From positions 3,835 to 67,834 of the forward strand of contig CACPCL010000004.1 of NCBI GenBank assembly GCA_902632445.1: DNA of 64,000 bases, in the 5' to 3' direction. Of this stretch, positions 30,389-38,854 are shown one piece after another (position 1 is the first letter of the stretch; every line of letters starts with the position of its first letter). The position numbers and the translations under genes are program-made. The DNA is from an uncultured Pelagibacteraceae bacterium (GTDB lineage: Bacteria > Pseudomonadota > Alphaproteobacteria > Pelagibacterales > Pelagibacteraceae). A model generated the notes under the pieces. That model made no database searches. It worked only from the letters and a program-made list of their open reading frames with translations, and had not been told where the DNA came from.

Positions 30389-31678
30389 TTAATTAAGTGA
30401 TTTAAGTGACAAAGTTCCAATCTGTTTAGCTAATTCAAATTGAGAAATTACAAAATCTCTCTCGGCTTTTGCATAAGCTATTCTGGCATCAAGAAGTAAA
30501 CTTCTTGACTGAATTACCTCTAACGTTGTTCTGGTGTTTCCAGAGTCATATTCTAAGGTAATTCCTTCATTAGCAATTTCTGCAGCTTTTAATTGTGCGC
30601 TTGTAGCAGCCAGCACGCTTTTTGAAGATTGATAATTTGACCAAAAATTAGAAGTTGTAGATGTTATTTTGTTTTTTGTATCTTGTAATAAAAGTTGATT
30701 ACGTTGCTTGTTATATGAAAATTTTTTTATGGAAGAAATATTTTCACCACCCTTAATAATTGGCCAAGATATTGTGGCTTTGACAGTTTCATCATCCTTT
30801 TCATCAATTGATGAGCTAAAATCCTTACTTTCAGATTTAGAAACTTTGATTGATGCCGAAGGTGACAGCCTAGCTCTCTCAACATTTAATTCTTTAATAG
30901 CAATTTCATAATCTATTTTTGAAATCAATAAATCAATATTATTCAAATTTGCTATTTCAAGCGATGTGTTTAAAGAGTTTGGTAAAATTAAACTAATTTT
31001 ATTATTAAGGTCATTTATGTTAGGCATTTTTTCTCTTGTGACTCTCTCAAAATTTGTTTTTGATGAAAGAAACTCAGTTTCTGCTTTTATAAGATTTGCG
31101 TTAGCACCTGCTAATGAAGATTCAGACTGTGCTAAATCCGTTAATGTAATTTCACCTTTTTGCAATCTAGCGCTATCCGATTCTACCTGTCTTTCAAAAA
31201 GATTAACATTTAAAAAGTTAAATTCCTCACTTTTTGATTTATAAATTAAATCAAAATAAGCTGATGCTGTATCTAATATCGTTTGTTGTTCAACTTTTTT
31301 AAGTTCTAATCTGGCTTTTTCTGTTTCTAATTCTGATTTTTTAAATGTATTAAATCCTTTAAAACCAGAAAATATTTTTTGCTCGATTGAAATAGTTTTG
31401 CTCTCAGAGTCTAAATTCGAATCTGACAAACTTGCACCGGTTTGATTAGTCTGATTTTTTGAAGTTGTGCTTGTTTGTTCTCCAGAAATGGTAATACTAG
31501 GTAAAAACTCACTTCTTGAAATTTTTTTACTTTGCTTAGCAGACTCTAAGTTTTTTCTTTCAGCATTTAAGATTAAATTATTTTCAATCGCTTTAGTTAT
31601 GAAAAATTTTAAATTTTCTTCAGCTCTCAAAATCTGAAAAAAGATTAAAAAGAAGGAAATTATAATTATTTTTTTCAT
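30389..31678 (-). CDS. tolC: TolC family outer membrane efflux protein
   Basis: Signal peptide, two OEP repeats, 'FLPSI', 'GEITLTDLAQSES', 'EYDSGNTRTTLEVIQS'. Confidence 0.88.
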   Translation of the reverse strand: MKKIIIISFFLIFFQILRAEENLKFFITKAIENNLILNAERKNLESAKQSKKISRSEFLPSITISGEQTSTTSKNQTNQTGASLSDSNLDSESKTISIEQKIFSGFKGFNTFKKSELETEKARLELKKVEQQTILDTASAYFDLIYKSKSEEFNFLNVNLFERQVESDSARLQKGEITLTDLAQSESSLAGANANLIKAETEFLSSKTNFERVTREKMPNINDLNNKISLILPNSLNTSLEIANLNNIDLLISKIDYEIAIKELNVERARLSPSASIKVSKSESKDFSSSIDEKDDETVKATISWPIIKGGENISSIKKFSYNKQRNQLLLQDTKNKITSTTSNFWSNYQSSKSVLAATSAQLKAAEIANEGITLEYDSGNTRTTLEVIQSRSLLLDARIAYAKAERDFVISQFELAKQIGTLSLKSLN

Positions 31679-32596
31679 TTAATTAAATTTTATTGATTTA
31701 AGTTTATGCTTTTTGTCTATTTCAATTATTATATTAGCTAATTTTCCAAAATTTTTTAACATATGTTTTGTCAATCTTTCGTAAAACATAATAAAACTTT
31801 TAATTTGAATTTTACTCATTGTTTTTTTTCCTTTTGAGATTACTTTTAATTTTTTTTCTTGTAGTAACCTCCATTTATAGACGTATTCAAAACTTGGCAC
31901 TTTTAAAAAAATTATCTCATCTATTAGTCTAAATATATCTTTATATTTGTTTTCAAGTTCCTTATTCACTCTACTTCTCCAAATTCTTTTTTTATCTTTT
32001 GTTTTTTCTAATTTATTTAATGGTAAAATTAAATCTTTCTTTTTTTGAGGTGTTACACCAACGCACCATCCCTCAAATATAACGATATCTGGTTTTTTTT
32101 TTATCTTTTGCCAATTTTTCTTTAAAAGTCTATCATCAATAGATTTATCAAATTTAGGAATGTATGTTTTTTTAAAATTATTACTTTTTAAACTTTTAAT
32201 ACAATTTAATAACAATTTTGTGTCGTGAGTTCCTGGAACACCTCTGGTTAAAAAGAGAGGGCTAATTTTAATTGACATTTTTTTTCTTTCTTTAAGTGTT
32301 TTGTAAAAATCATCAATCGAAAAAATTGTAGTATTCATATTAAAGCCCTCTTTTAAAATTATTTTCAATATCTTAGATATTGTAGATTTACCAGATCCTT
32401 GACCACCTGTAAGTCCTATAATTTTAGTTTTTTTATCTTTTAAAAAATTTTTATAAATTTTTTTGCTTAATGGAAGGTAAAAATTATTTAATTGTCCTAT
32501 TTTGTCTCTAAAAGGTTCTGATAAAATTTCTTGAGACTTAATAAATTTTAAATATTTAAATTTTAATTTTTTGTAACTCAGGTTAGAATAGATCAT
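31679..32596 (-). CDS. P-loop kinase, D-glycerate 3-kinase (GLYK)-like
   Basis: 'GLTGGQGSGKST', 'SIDDFY', 'RGVPGTHD', 'PKFDKSIDDR', 'IFEGWCVG', 'WRLLQE'. Confidence 0.7.
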   Translation of the reverse strand: MIYSNLSYKKLKFKYLKFIKSQEILSEPFRDKIGQLNNFYLPLSKKIYKNFLKDKKTKIIGLTGGQGSGKSTISKILKIILKEGFNMNTTIFSIDDFYKTLKERKKMSIKISPLFLTRGVPGTHDTKLLLNCIKSLKSNNFKKTYIPKFDKSIDDRLLKKNWQKIKKKPDIVIFEGWCVGVTPQKKKDLILPLNKLEKTKDKKRIWRSRVNKELENKYKDIFRLIDEIIFLKVPSFEYVYKWRLLQEKKLKVISKGKKTMSKIQIKSFIMFYERLTKHMLKNFGKLANIIIEIDKKHKLKSIKFN

Positions 32597-32600
32597 TAGA

Positions 32601-32960
32601 TTATTTTTTATCTAAAGGATGGTTTAGTCCATCATTTATTAAAACATTTTCTAATTTTAGCGTATCGATTTCATCAACACATCCTAAATTGAAACCAGTC
32701 ATAGCTGGGTTTGACCTTGGGTTATGATGCGTATAAATTCCACAGTCAGAACAAAAGTAGTGTTTTGCAACCTTAGTATGAAATTGGTAAAGCTTAAGTT
32801 TATTCTTCCCTTTTGTTATTTTAAACTCTTCATTTTTAACCATAGACATAGTTGCCCCCTTTCGTTTACAAATAGAACAGTTACATCTAAAAATTTTTTT
32901 AAAATTATTTATCATAATTTCGGCTTCTATTTGGCCGCAGTGGCACTTTAATTTTTTCAT
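32601..32960 (-). CDS. GFA/CENP-V family zinc-binding protein
   Basis: 'CHCG', 'CNCSIC', 'YQFHT..AKHYFCSDCGIY'. Confidence 0.9.
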   Translation of the reverse strand: MKKLKCHCGQIEAEIMINNFKKIFRCNCSICKRKGATMSMVKNEEFKITKGKNKLKLYQFHTKVAKHYFCSDCGIYTHHNPRSNPAMTGFNLGCVDEIDTLKLENVLINDGLNHPLDKK

Positions 32961-33088
32961 TGTTTATTTACCTTAAGGTTATTTAACACTACATGTGTTT
33001 TGTTATATCCACAATAGTTCAAAATTTCATGGAAATGTTCACCTTTTGATTCTCTTATGATTCTATTTAAGACTCTAAAATCAACTTT

Positions 33089-33961
33089 TTAGTGATTTAA
33101 TTCTTTTATGCTTTCAAGATTTTCTTGACTTTTAAATAATTCATTTTTTTGCTCTCTGAATGAAATCAAAAAAATTATAATGTTAAACAAAGCTATTAAA
33201 AAATATGAAAAAAATGAAAATACATCAAAGTAAGAATTTAAAAAAAACAGTATTATAATTATTATAAAAGACCTAAGAAATACTTGGTACTTAAATACTG
33301 CCATTATCGCGAATGAGTGAATAATTAAATTTAACAAAGACATTTTTGATGGACCGAAATATCTTGAGCCTCTAATAGACTCTATTTCATTTAAATTATT
33401 TAAATGTTTTTTCACAGAACCAGAAAAGCTGCTCCACAAACTTTTTTCATCAGAAAGAATTTTCACATCTTTGGATGTTAGGCAACTATAATTACCAAAA
33501 TTTATTTTTTTTCCAGTAAAAATTTTTGTGATAATTTTATGAAGTGAATACAAAAATTTGAAAAAAAAACCCTCTGACCTTTTAATTCTTTTTGCAACTA
33601 CTGAGTAATCGGGGTATATGGATATTTTATCAATCATACTGCGAATTTCTAAAGGCCTATCTTCTCCATCTCCATCCATTAATATTAGATAATCAAATTT
33701 CTCTTTTTGAGAGACATATCTTATACCAAAAGCATTGCATCTTGCGTGACCTTTATTAATCTTCATATTCATTAACTTTAAAGATCTGATATTAGGGGGT
33801 TTAAGTATTTTTGGACGACTAATTGTGGACGCGTCGTTTACAATCAAACATTCAAAATAAAAATTTTTAATATCTTTTATATTATTATTAATCTCAGCTA
33901 AAAGTTTATTTAATGAATCCCAGTCATTAAAAATAGGAATTAAAATTATAATTCTTTTCAT
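33089..33961 (-). CDS. GT2 glycosyltransferase, polyprenol-phosphate sugar synthase type
   Basis: 'IPIFND', 'VNDAS', 'NKGH', 'MDGDGED', two C-terminal TM helices. Confidence 0.85.
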   Translation of the reverse strand: MKRIIILIPIFNDWDSLNKLLAEINNNIKDIKNFYFECLIVNDASTISRPKILKPPNIRSLKLMNMKINKGHARCNAFGIRYVSQKEKFDYLILMDGDGEDRPLEIRSMIDKISIYPDYSVVAKRIKRSEGFFFKFLYSLHKIITKIFTGKKINFGNYSCLTSKDVKILSDEKSLWSSFSGSVKKHLNNLNEIESIRGSRYFGPSKMSLLNLIIHSFAIMAVFKYQVFLRSFIIIIILFFLNSYFDVFSFFSYFLIALFNIIIFLISFREQKNELFKSQENLESIKELNH

Positions 33962-35334
33962 CGCTTACCAATCATACAATAACCTACAGGTTTGATAGTC
34001 CCATAGACTCCAGGACAAATCTTTTTTAAAATTTTTGGATTACCAGTATAAATAACCCCTTCGTCACTATTTAAATTTAGTATTTTACCTTTTAAATCAA
34101 TAATCCATTTAGGTCTTGATATTAAATGATATGACAAGTTACCAGCATACCATTCATCACCAACTACAACCCTTATTTCGTTTATGAAATTATCATCCCA
34201 TCTATTTTGAACAAGTCTGGCTATTTCTTTTCCTGGATAGTCCGTTCTTTTATAATCATTAGTTAAAGATACAGCTAAGTAAGTTGATGGAGAAAGAAAA
34301 AAGAAAATTAAAAAAACAAGAAAAAATTTTCTTGAGTTAGACTTACTAAAATTTTTCTTAAAAATCTCAACTATTAAAACTCCAAAAAAAAGATAAAAAG
34401 GCGTCATCCACATGGTTCTAATATTTGCTCCAATGAGTAACGACGTCAAAATTATTAATAGTATTGGGACTAAAGTTGTAAAACTTAAAAATATAATTTT
34501 TTCATTTTTAAAATTTAGCTTAACTTTAAATTTATTTATTAAAAAATATACCATTAAAAAAAACGGCAATAAAATTCCTAATTGTTTGAATACAAAAATT
34601 AAAGGAAATATAATATGATCTTTTAAACTACCTTCGCTCTGTGTTCTTTTAAGGCCGTAAGTAATAGTTGAGAAGTTATTGTCTATTAACCAAAATAAAT
34701 GTGGGGATACTACTATTAAAGATACTAGTCCAGTTATAAATATATTTTGTAATTTAATCTTTTTTTTATTTTTTATTATTTCATAAAGAAATAATAATTT
34801 TATTCCAATTACTAAATATATAAATAAATATTTTGATAAAATTCCAAGGCCAATTGAAATTCCTAAAAAAAAATAATCTTTGATATTATCATTTTGAATA
34901 CACCTCCAAACAAGAAAGATGCTTAAAGCCCAGAAAGGTAATTGTGAAATATTTACGTTAAATTCTGGAGTTGTATAATTATAAAAAAATATTCCTTCTA
35001 ATAAGAGAATTGACAAGAAAGCTAAATTTATATCTTTGAAGAATTCCAGTGAAAAATTGAACACTAAGATAAATGCACATACTACAAAAAGTTGACTCAA
35101 ACAGTAATATGCCCAATCCTGACTTCCAAAAATTTTATAAAAGGCTTCTACAGCAAATGCACTGAACGGAGGGTGTTTATTAAAACCCCAAGCTAAATCA
35201 CTTCCCCAAGCTAAAGCCTCAATAGTATCGAGTGGTAAATTCACATTTGTAAGAGAGGGAATTAATGTCCATAAAAGAAAATGTGATGTAAGAAATAAAA
35301 AATAATATCTATTAATATTTTTTTTAGTAATCAT
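33958..35334 (-). CDS. GT-C fold membrane glycosyltransferase (ArnT/PMT_2/Rgt-like)
   Basis: Multi-TM protein with 'LDTIEALAWG...WGFNKHPP', 'GILSKY', 'PHLFWL'. Confidence 0.8.
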   Translation of the reverse strand: MITKKNINRYYFLFLTSHFLLWTLIPSLTNVNLPLDTIEALAWGSDLAWGFNKHPPFSAFAVEAFYKIFGSQDWAYYCLSQLFVVCAFILVFNFSLEFFKDINLAFLSILLLEGIFFYNYTTPEFNVNISQLPFWALSIFLVWRCIQNDNIKDYFFLGISIGLGILSKYLFIYLVIGIKLLFLYEIIKNKKKIKLQNIFITGLVSLIVVSPHLFWLIDNNFSTITYGLKRTQSEGSLKDHIIFPLIFVFKQLGILLPFFLMVYFLINKFKVKLNFKNEKIIFLSFTTLVPILLIILTSLLIGANIRTMWMTPFYLFFGVLIVEIFKKNFSKSNSRKFFLVFLIFFFLSPSTYLAVSLTNDYKRTDYPGKEIARLVQNRWDDNFINEIRVVVGDEWYAGNLSYHLISRPKWIIDLKGKILNLNSDEGVIYTGNPKILKKICPGVYGTIKPVGYCMIGKR

Positions 35335-35363
35335 TTATTGAAATTATTACAATTTATAAGCTA

Positions 35364-35391
35364 TTGACACGACTAAAATCAAACATATACT
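35364..35391 (+). promoter_or_regulatory. sigma70 promoter of dksA
   Basis: TTGACA (35364-35369), 16-nt spacer, TATACT (35386-35391), C-rich discriminator CCCC; ATG follows 15 nt later. Confidence 0.7.
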
Positions 35392-35406
35392 CCCCAAATT
35401 CGAAAA

Positions 35407-35832
35407 ATGCCAAAAAAAACTACTGCTAAAAAAAAATATACACCTAACTCTAAGGAAAAGTATATGTGTGCAAAACATAAAAAATTCTTTACAGAAGAAT
35501 TATTGAATTGGAAAAAGGACATAATGAAAGCAAATAATTTAGGAAATTTACTTAATTCCTCAGATGATAATGTATCTTCGGCAGACATTGTAGATCAAGC
35601 ATCCTCTTATACAGATAAATCTGTAGAAATGAAGGCGCTTAATAGAAGTAGAAAATTAATATCAAAAATTAATTCTGCATTACAAAGATTGAAAGATGGA
35701 ACATATGGTTATTGTGAAGAAACAGGTGAGCCTATAGGTTTGAAAAGATTAATGGCGCGGCCGGTAGCAACTCTCTCAATTGAGGCTCAAGAAAGACACG
35801 AAAGGGATGAGAGGATCTTCATTGATGATTAA
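35407..35832 (+). CDS. dksA: RNA polymerase-binding transcription factor DksA
   Basis: Coiled-coil tip 'DIVDQA', 'GTYGYCEETGEPIGLKRLMARPVATLSIEAQERHE'. Confidence 0.95.
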   Translation: MPKKTTAKKKYTPNSKEKYMCAKHKKFFTEELLNWKKDIMKANNLGNLLNSSDDNVSSADIVDQASSYTDKSVEMKALNRSRKLISKINSALQRLKDGTYGYCEETGEPIGLKRLMARPVATLSIEAQERHERDERIFIDD

Positions 35833-36455
35833 ACTTTAGGTATCTCCTCTCCTTTATTTAACAGGTCATAACCTTTTATAACCGATTCTCTTTTAGATAT
35901 TTCAATATACCACCTTGTTAAACTTTTAAATTTTTTTAAACCGATATCGTGCCACTCATGCCTTGCAATCCATGGAAAAGTAGCAATATCTGCTATAGTA
36001 TAATCTTCACCAGCAAGATATCTTGATACTGATAGCCTCTCGTCCAACTCTTTATAAATTCTTTCTGAAATCTTGAAATATCTTTTTTCACCAAATTCAC
36101 TTTTACCTGGATTGTAATGATGAAATTGATGATGCTGACCCAACATTGGCCCTACATATGCCATTTGTCCCATTAACCATTGATTTATAATTGTTCTTTG
36201 GTCTTTGTTGTAAAACTTTCCACTTTTTTCAGCTAAGTAAATCAATATCGCACCGGACTCAAAAAGGCTTTGATTTGTTTTGTGATCGATGATTACGGGT
36301 ATTTTGCTGAATGGGCTCAATTTTTTGAAATCAGCTTTAAATTGCTCATCTTTATTAATATTAATTTTTGTGATTTTGTACTCTAAGTTTACTTCCTCGA
36401 GCATTATAGAAATTTTCTTACCGTTAGGTGTATTAGCGGTAAGTAACTCGATCAT
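35829..36455 (-). CDS. Glutathione S-transferase, YfcG/Ure2-like
   Basis: 'TPNGKKI', 'SKIPVI', 'LFESGAILIYLA', 'YTIADIATFPW'. Confidence 0.92.
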   Translation of the reverse strand: MIELLTANTPNGKKISIMLEEVNLEYKITKININKDEQFKADFKKLSPFSKIPVIIDHKTNQSLFESGAILIYLAEKSGKFYNKDQRTIINQWLMGQMAYVGPMLGQHHQFHHYNPGKSEFGEKRYFKISERIYKELDERLSVSRYLAGEDYTIADIATFPWIARHEWHDIGLKKFKSLTRWYIEISKRESVIKGYDLLNKGEEIPKV

Positions 36456-37465
36456 TTTTTACCTAGTCTATCTTGTATGGTTTTAGATGACGTTGTAAAT
36501 TCAAACCTATATTTTTCGTTAGGTTTTGCTCTTTTAAAACACTCTACAGATGCGAGCGCAACTTCATGAAAACCAGACAAAATCAATTTTAGTTTGCCGG
36601 GATAAGAACATATATCACCAGCGGCAAAAATTCCTTTTTTATTTGTCTCAAAATTTTCTGGGTTTACCTCAATTGTCTTTTTATTCATATTCAAACCCCA
36701 TTCAGCAATTGGGCCTAGTTTCATTATTAATCCAAAAAAACCCAGAACAAGATCAGTTTGAATTTTTTCAGTTTTGCCATCATCAAATTTGATCGTGATT
36801 GATTTAAGATTTTCACTATTATCTATAGAATCAATTTGACAAGGAGTTTTTACAGATATTTTTCCGTCTTTTTCTAATTTTTTTATTTCTGATAGTGTAT
36901 GTTGCGCCCCTCTAAATTCATTTCTTCTGTGTATTAAAGTTATTTGTGAAAATTTAGATAGCTCAAGAGCCCAGTCTAATGCTGAGTCTCCTCCACCAAA
37001 AATTGCTATCTTTTTATTTTTAAATTTTTCTTTATCTTTTACAGCATAAAATATCGATTTTCCCTCAAGCTTTTCAGCTTCCTTTAATGGAAGCTTTCTT
37101 GGTTCGAAAGATCCGACTCCACCAGCAATCATAATATTTGGTGCAACAAACTCATTATTATTATTTGTTTTGACTACCCATTTATCATTTTCTTTTTTTA
37201 CTTCATCTACTCTTTCATTTAAAAATAGTTTAGTTTTAAAAGGTTTTATTTGTTCTAATAATCTTTTAGTTAACTCTTCACCGGTGCACTCTGGAACAGC
37301 AGGAATATCGTAAATCGGCTTGTCAGGATAAAGTTCTATACATTGTCCACCTGCTTTGTCTAAATTATCTATAACTATTGCTTCAAGACCTTTAATGCCT
37401 AGTTGGTGAACTGCAAATAAACCAACTGGACCAGCGCCAACAATAATTACATCAGTTTTTATCAT
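36452..37465 (-). CDS. Ferredoxin--NADP(+) reductase, TrxR-like type
   Basis: 'GAGPVG', 'GGQC.ELYPDKPIYDIP', 'GGGDSALDWA', 'YPGKLKLILSGFHE'; no CxxC; coupled to a ferredoxin gene. Confidence 0.9.
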   Translation of the reverse strand: MIKTDVIIVGAGPVGLFAVHQLGIKGLEAIVIDNLDKAGGQCIELYPDKPIYDIPAVPECTGEELTKRLLEQIKPFKTKLFLNERVDEVKKENDKWVVKTNNNNEFVAPNIMIAGGVGSFEPRKLPLKEAEKLEGKSIFYAVKDKEKFKNKKIAIFGGGDSALDWALELSKFSQITLIHRRNEFRGAQHTLSEIKKLEKDGKISVKTPCQIDSIDNSENLKSITIKFDDGKTEKIQTDLVLGFFGLIMKLGPIAEWGLNMNKKTIEVNPENFETNKKGIFAAGDICSYPGKLKLILSGFHEVALASVECFKRAKPNEKYRFEFTTSSKTIQDRLGKK

Positions 37466-37785
37466 TAGGTTTGTTTCTCTGGTGTAGTAACTTTTAAACC
37501 GTCTAATTCATCTGATACGATTACCTGGCAACTTAATCTACTATTCTTTTTTGGCTCAAATGCCATGTCTATCATATCAATTTCAGCTTCTTCTGCCTTA
37601 GGGAGTTTACCTAGCCAAGCATCGTCAACATAAACATGGCAGGTTGCACAAGCCATTGATCCTCCACAGTCAGCATCTATTCCTGGAATCTCATTTTGAA
37701 TAGCACCTTCCATTACTGAAAGACCGTTTTCAACATCAATGGTTCTAGAGGTTCCTTCGAAATCTTTATAAATAATTTTAGCCAT
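37465..37785 (-). CDS. fdx: 2Fe-2S ferredoxin, adrenodoxin/putidaredoxin type (start moved to ATG 37785)
   Basis: 'DCGGSMACATCHV', 'SRLSCQ'. The ORF-track extension to 37827 runs through a terminator. Confidence 0.93.
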   Translation of the reverse strand: MAKIIYKDFEGTSRTIDVENGLSVMEGAIQNEIPGIDADCGGSMACATCHVYVDDAWLGKLPKAEEAEIDMIDMAFEPKKNSRLSCQVIVSDELDGLKVTTPEKQT

Positions 37786-37802
37786 AATAATATTTATCAA
37801 AC

Positions 37803-37840
37803 AAAAAGGGGCAAGTATGTATGACATACTCGCCCCTTTT
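37803..37840 (-). terminator. Intrinsic terminator of the proteorhodopsin gene
   Basis: Minus strand GGGGCGAGTATGT-cat-ACATACTTGCCCC followed by TTTTT, just after the stop codon. Confidence 0.88.
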
Positions 37841-37855
37841 AAAGATAGTTATCTA

Positions 37856-38626
37856 TTATCTAGATGATAATCTCGTGTTCTGCATTGCTGCTGCCCAGAT
37901 AACTAGACCAAAAGCGATCTTGTTAACAAAGTCAGCTAAATTGTAAATTACGTTTAAAGCATTTGCATCAACACCACCAGTCAAGTAACCGAAAATATAT
38001 CCTAATGGATAAATCGCCCAACCGATAGTTACGATAATTCTCATAGCACTGAACGCAGTAGACATAGCTCTGTTACCAGCTTTTGCCGCCATTGTTCCAG
38101 CTTCACCTGAGAATATTTCAAACAAGATGTAAATCCATCCAGCCATTCCAATTACGAAACCTACAAATGGTTGAATATAACCAGCTTCACCTAAGTATCC
38201 ACCGATTAACATTACTAATGAACCAATTAATAGCTTCCAGAATATAGAAGTTGGCACTTTTCTTACAGCTGCCAAAATTAGATAGAATTCGATCATTTGA
38301 AGTGGCACTGTGATTAACCAATCGATATATCTGTATACCGTTGGAGAGTCACCTGTAGACACCCAAACTTCTCTCATATACATGTAGTGAACAAATGCAA
38401 CACCTGTTACAAGTCCAGCCACTGTTAAAGATGTTCTCCATGATGCAGCAACAGTTCCTCTTTCAGCAAAGAAAAACACAGTTGTTGCGATCATTCCCAT
38501 TGAAACAAGCCAAAATGAAATTCCTACGAAATCATTTGTTTGTAACAATGCAGTCGCTGCATTAGCTGAGCTAGTTATACCTAAAAAGGCAACAGCTGCT
38601 AAAGCAAAAAGACCTAATTTTCTCAT
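37856..38626 (-). CDS. Proteorhodopsin, DTE proton pump, blue-tuned (Gln105)
   Basis: Signal peptide plus 7 TM helices; 'RYIDWLITVPLQMIEF' (D97, T101, Q105, E108); His75 in 'VHYMYMR'; retinal Lys in 'ADFVNKI'; SD GGGAGG. Confidence 0.98.
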   Translation of the reverse strand: MRKLGLFALAAVAFLGITSSANAATALLQTNDFVGISFWLVSMGMIATTVFFFAERGTVAASWRTSLTVAGLVTGVAFVHYMYMREVWVSTGDSPTVYRYIDWLITVPLQMIEFYLILAAVRKVPTSIFWKLLIGSLVMLIGGYLGEAGYIQPFVGFVIGMAGWIYILFEIFSGEAGTMAAKAGNRAMSTAFSAMRIIVTIGWAIYPLGYIFGYLTGGVDANALNVIYNLADFVNKIAFGLVIWAAAMQNTRLSSR

Positions 38627-38657
38627 GAAAACCTCCCTCGTTTGTTTAGTTTTCGTT

Positions 38658-38714
38658 TAGTTTATATATAAACTACTCGGACAAATGGAAATCTTACCCA
38701 CTACCGAATAACTT
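38658..38714 (-). promoter_or_regulatory. Candidate structured 5' leader of proteorhodopsin mRNA
   Basis: Long G-U-containing hairpin plus an overlapping perfect palindrome upstream of the SD; folded by eye only. Confidence 0.45.
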
Positions 38715-38854
38715 GACGGGAACCATAGTAAAAAAAAAAGTTACAGTGAAGTGTTTTTTTCATCAAAAAAGCCCATTTTTAAAGGTTTTTTTATTTTTTT
38801 TTGGGGATATTTATGAAATACTCATTAAAACTAAGGAAATTTGAGGGAGAAGAG

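Noticed and set aside
32973-33010. dif site or CtrA box in the GFA-GT2 spacer
   Set aside because: The XerD-like arm has two mismatches and there is no XerC arm; TTAA...TTAAC is spaced by 6 nt, not 7.
37786-37827. N-terminal extension of ferredoxin in the ORF track
   Set aside because: It is read through the proteorhodopsin terminator; the protein resembles ferredoxins only from MAKII at 37785.
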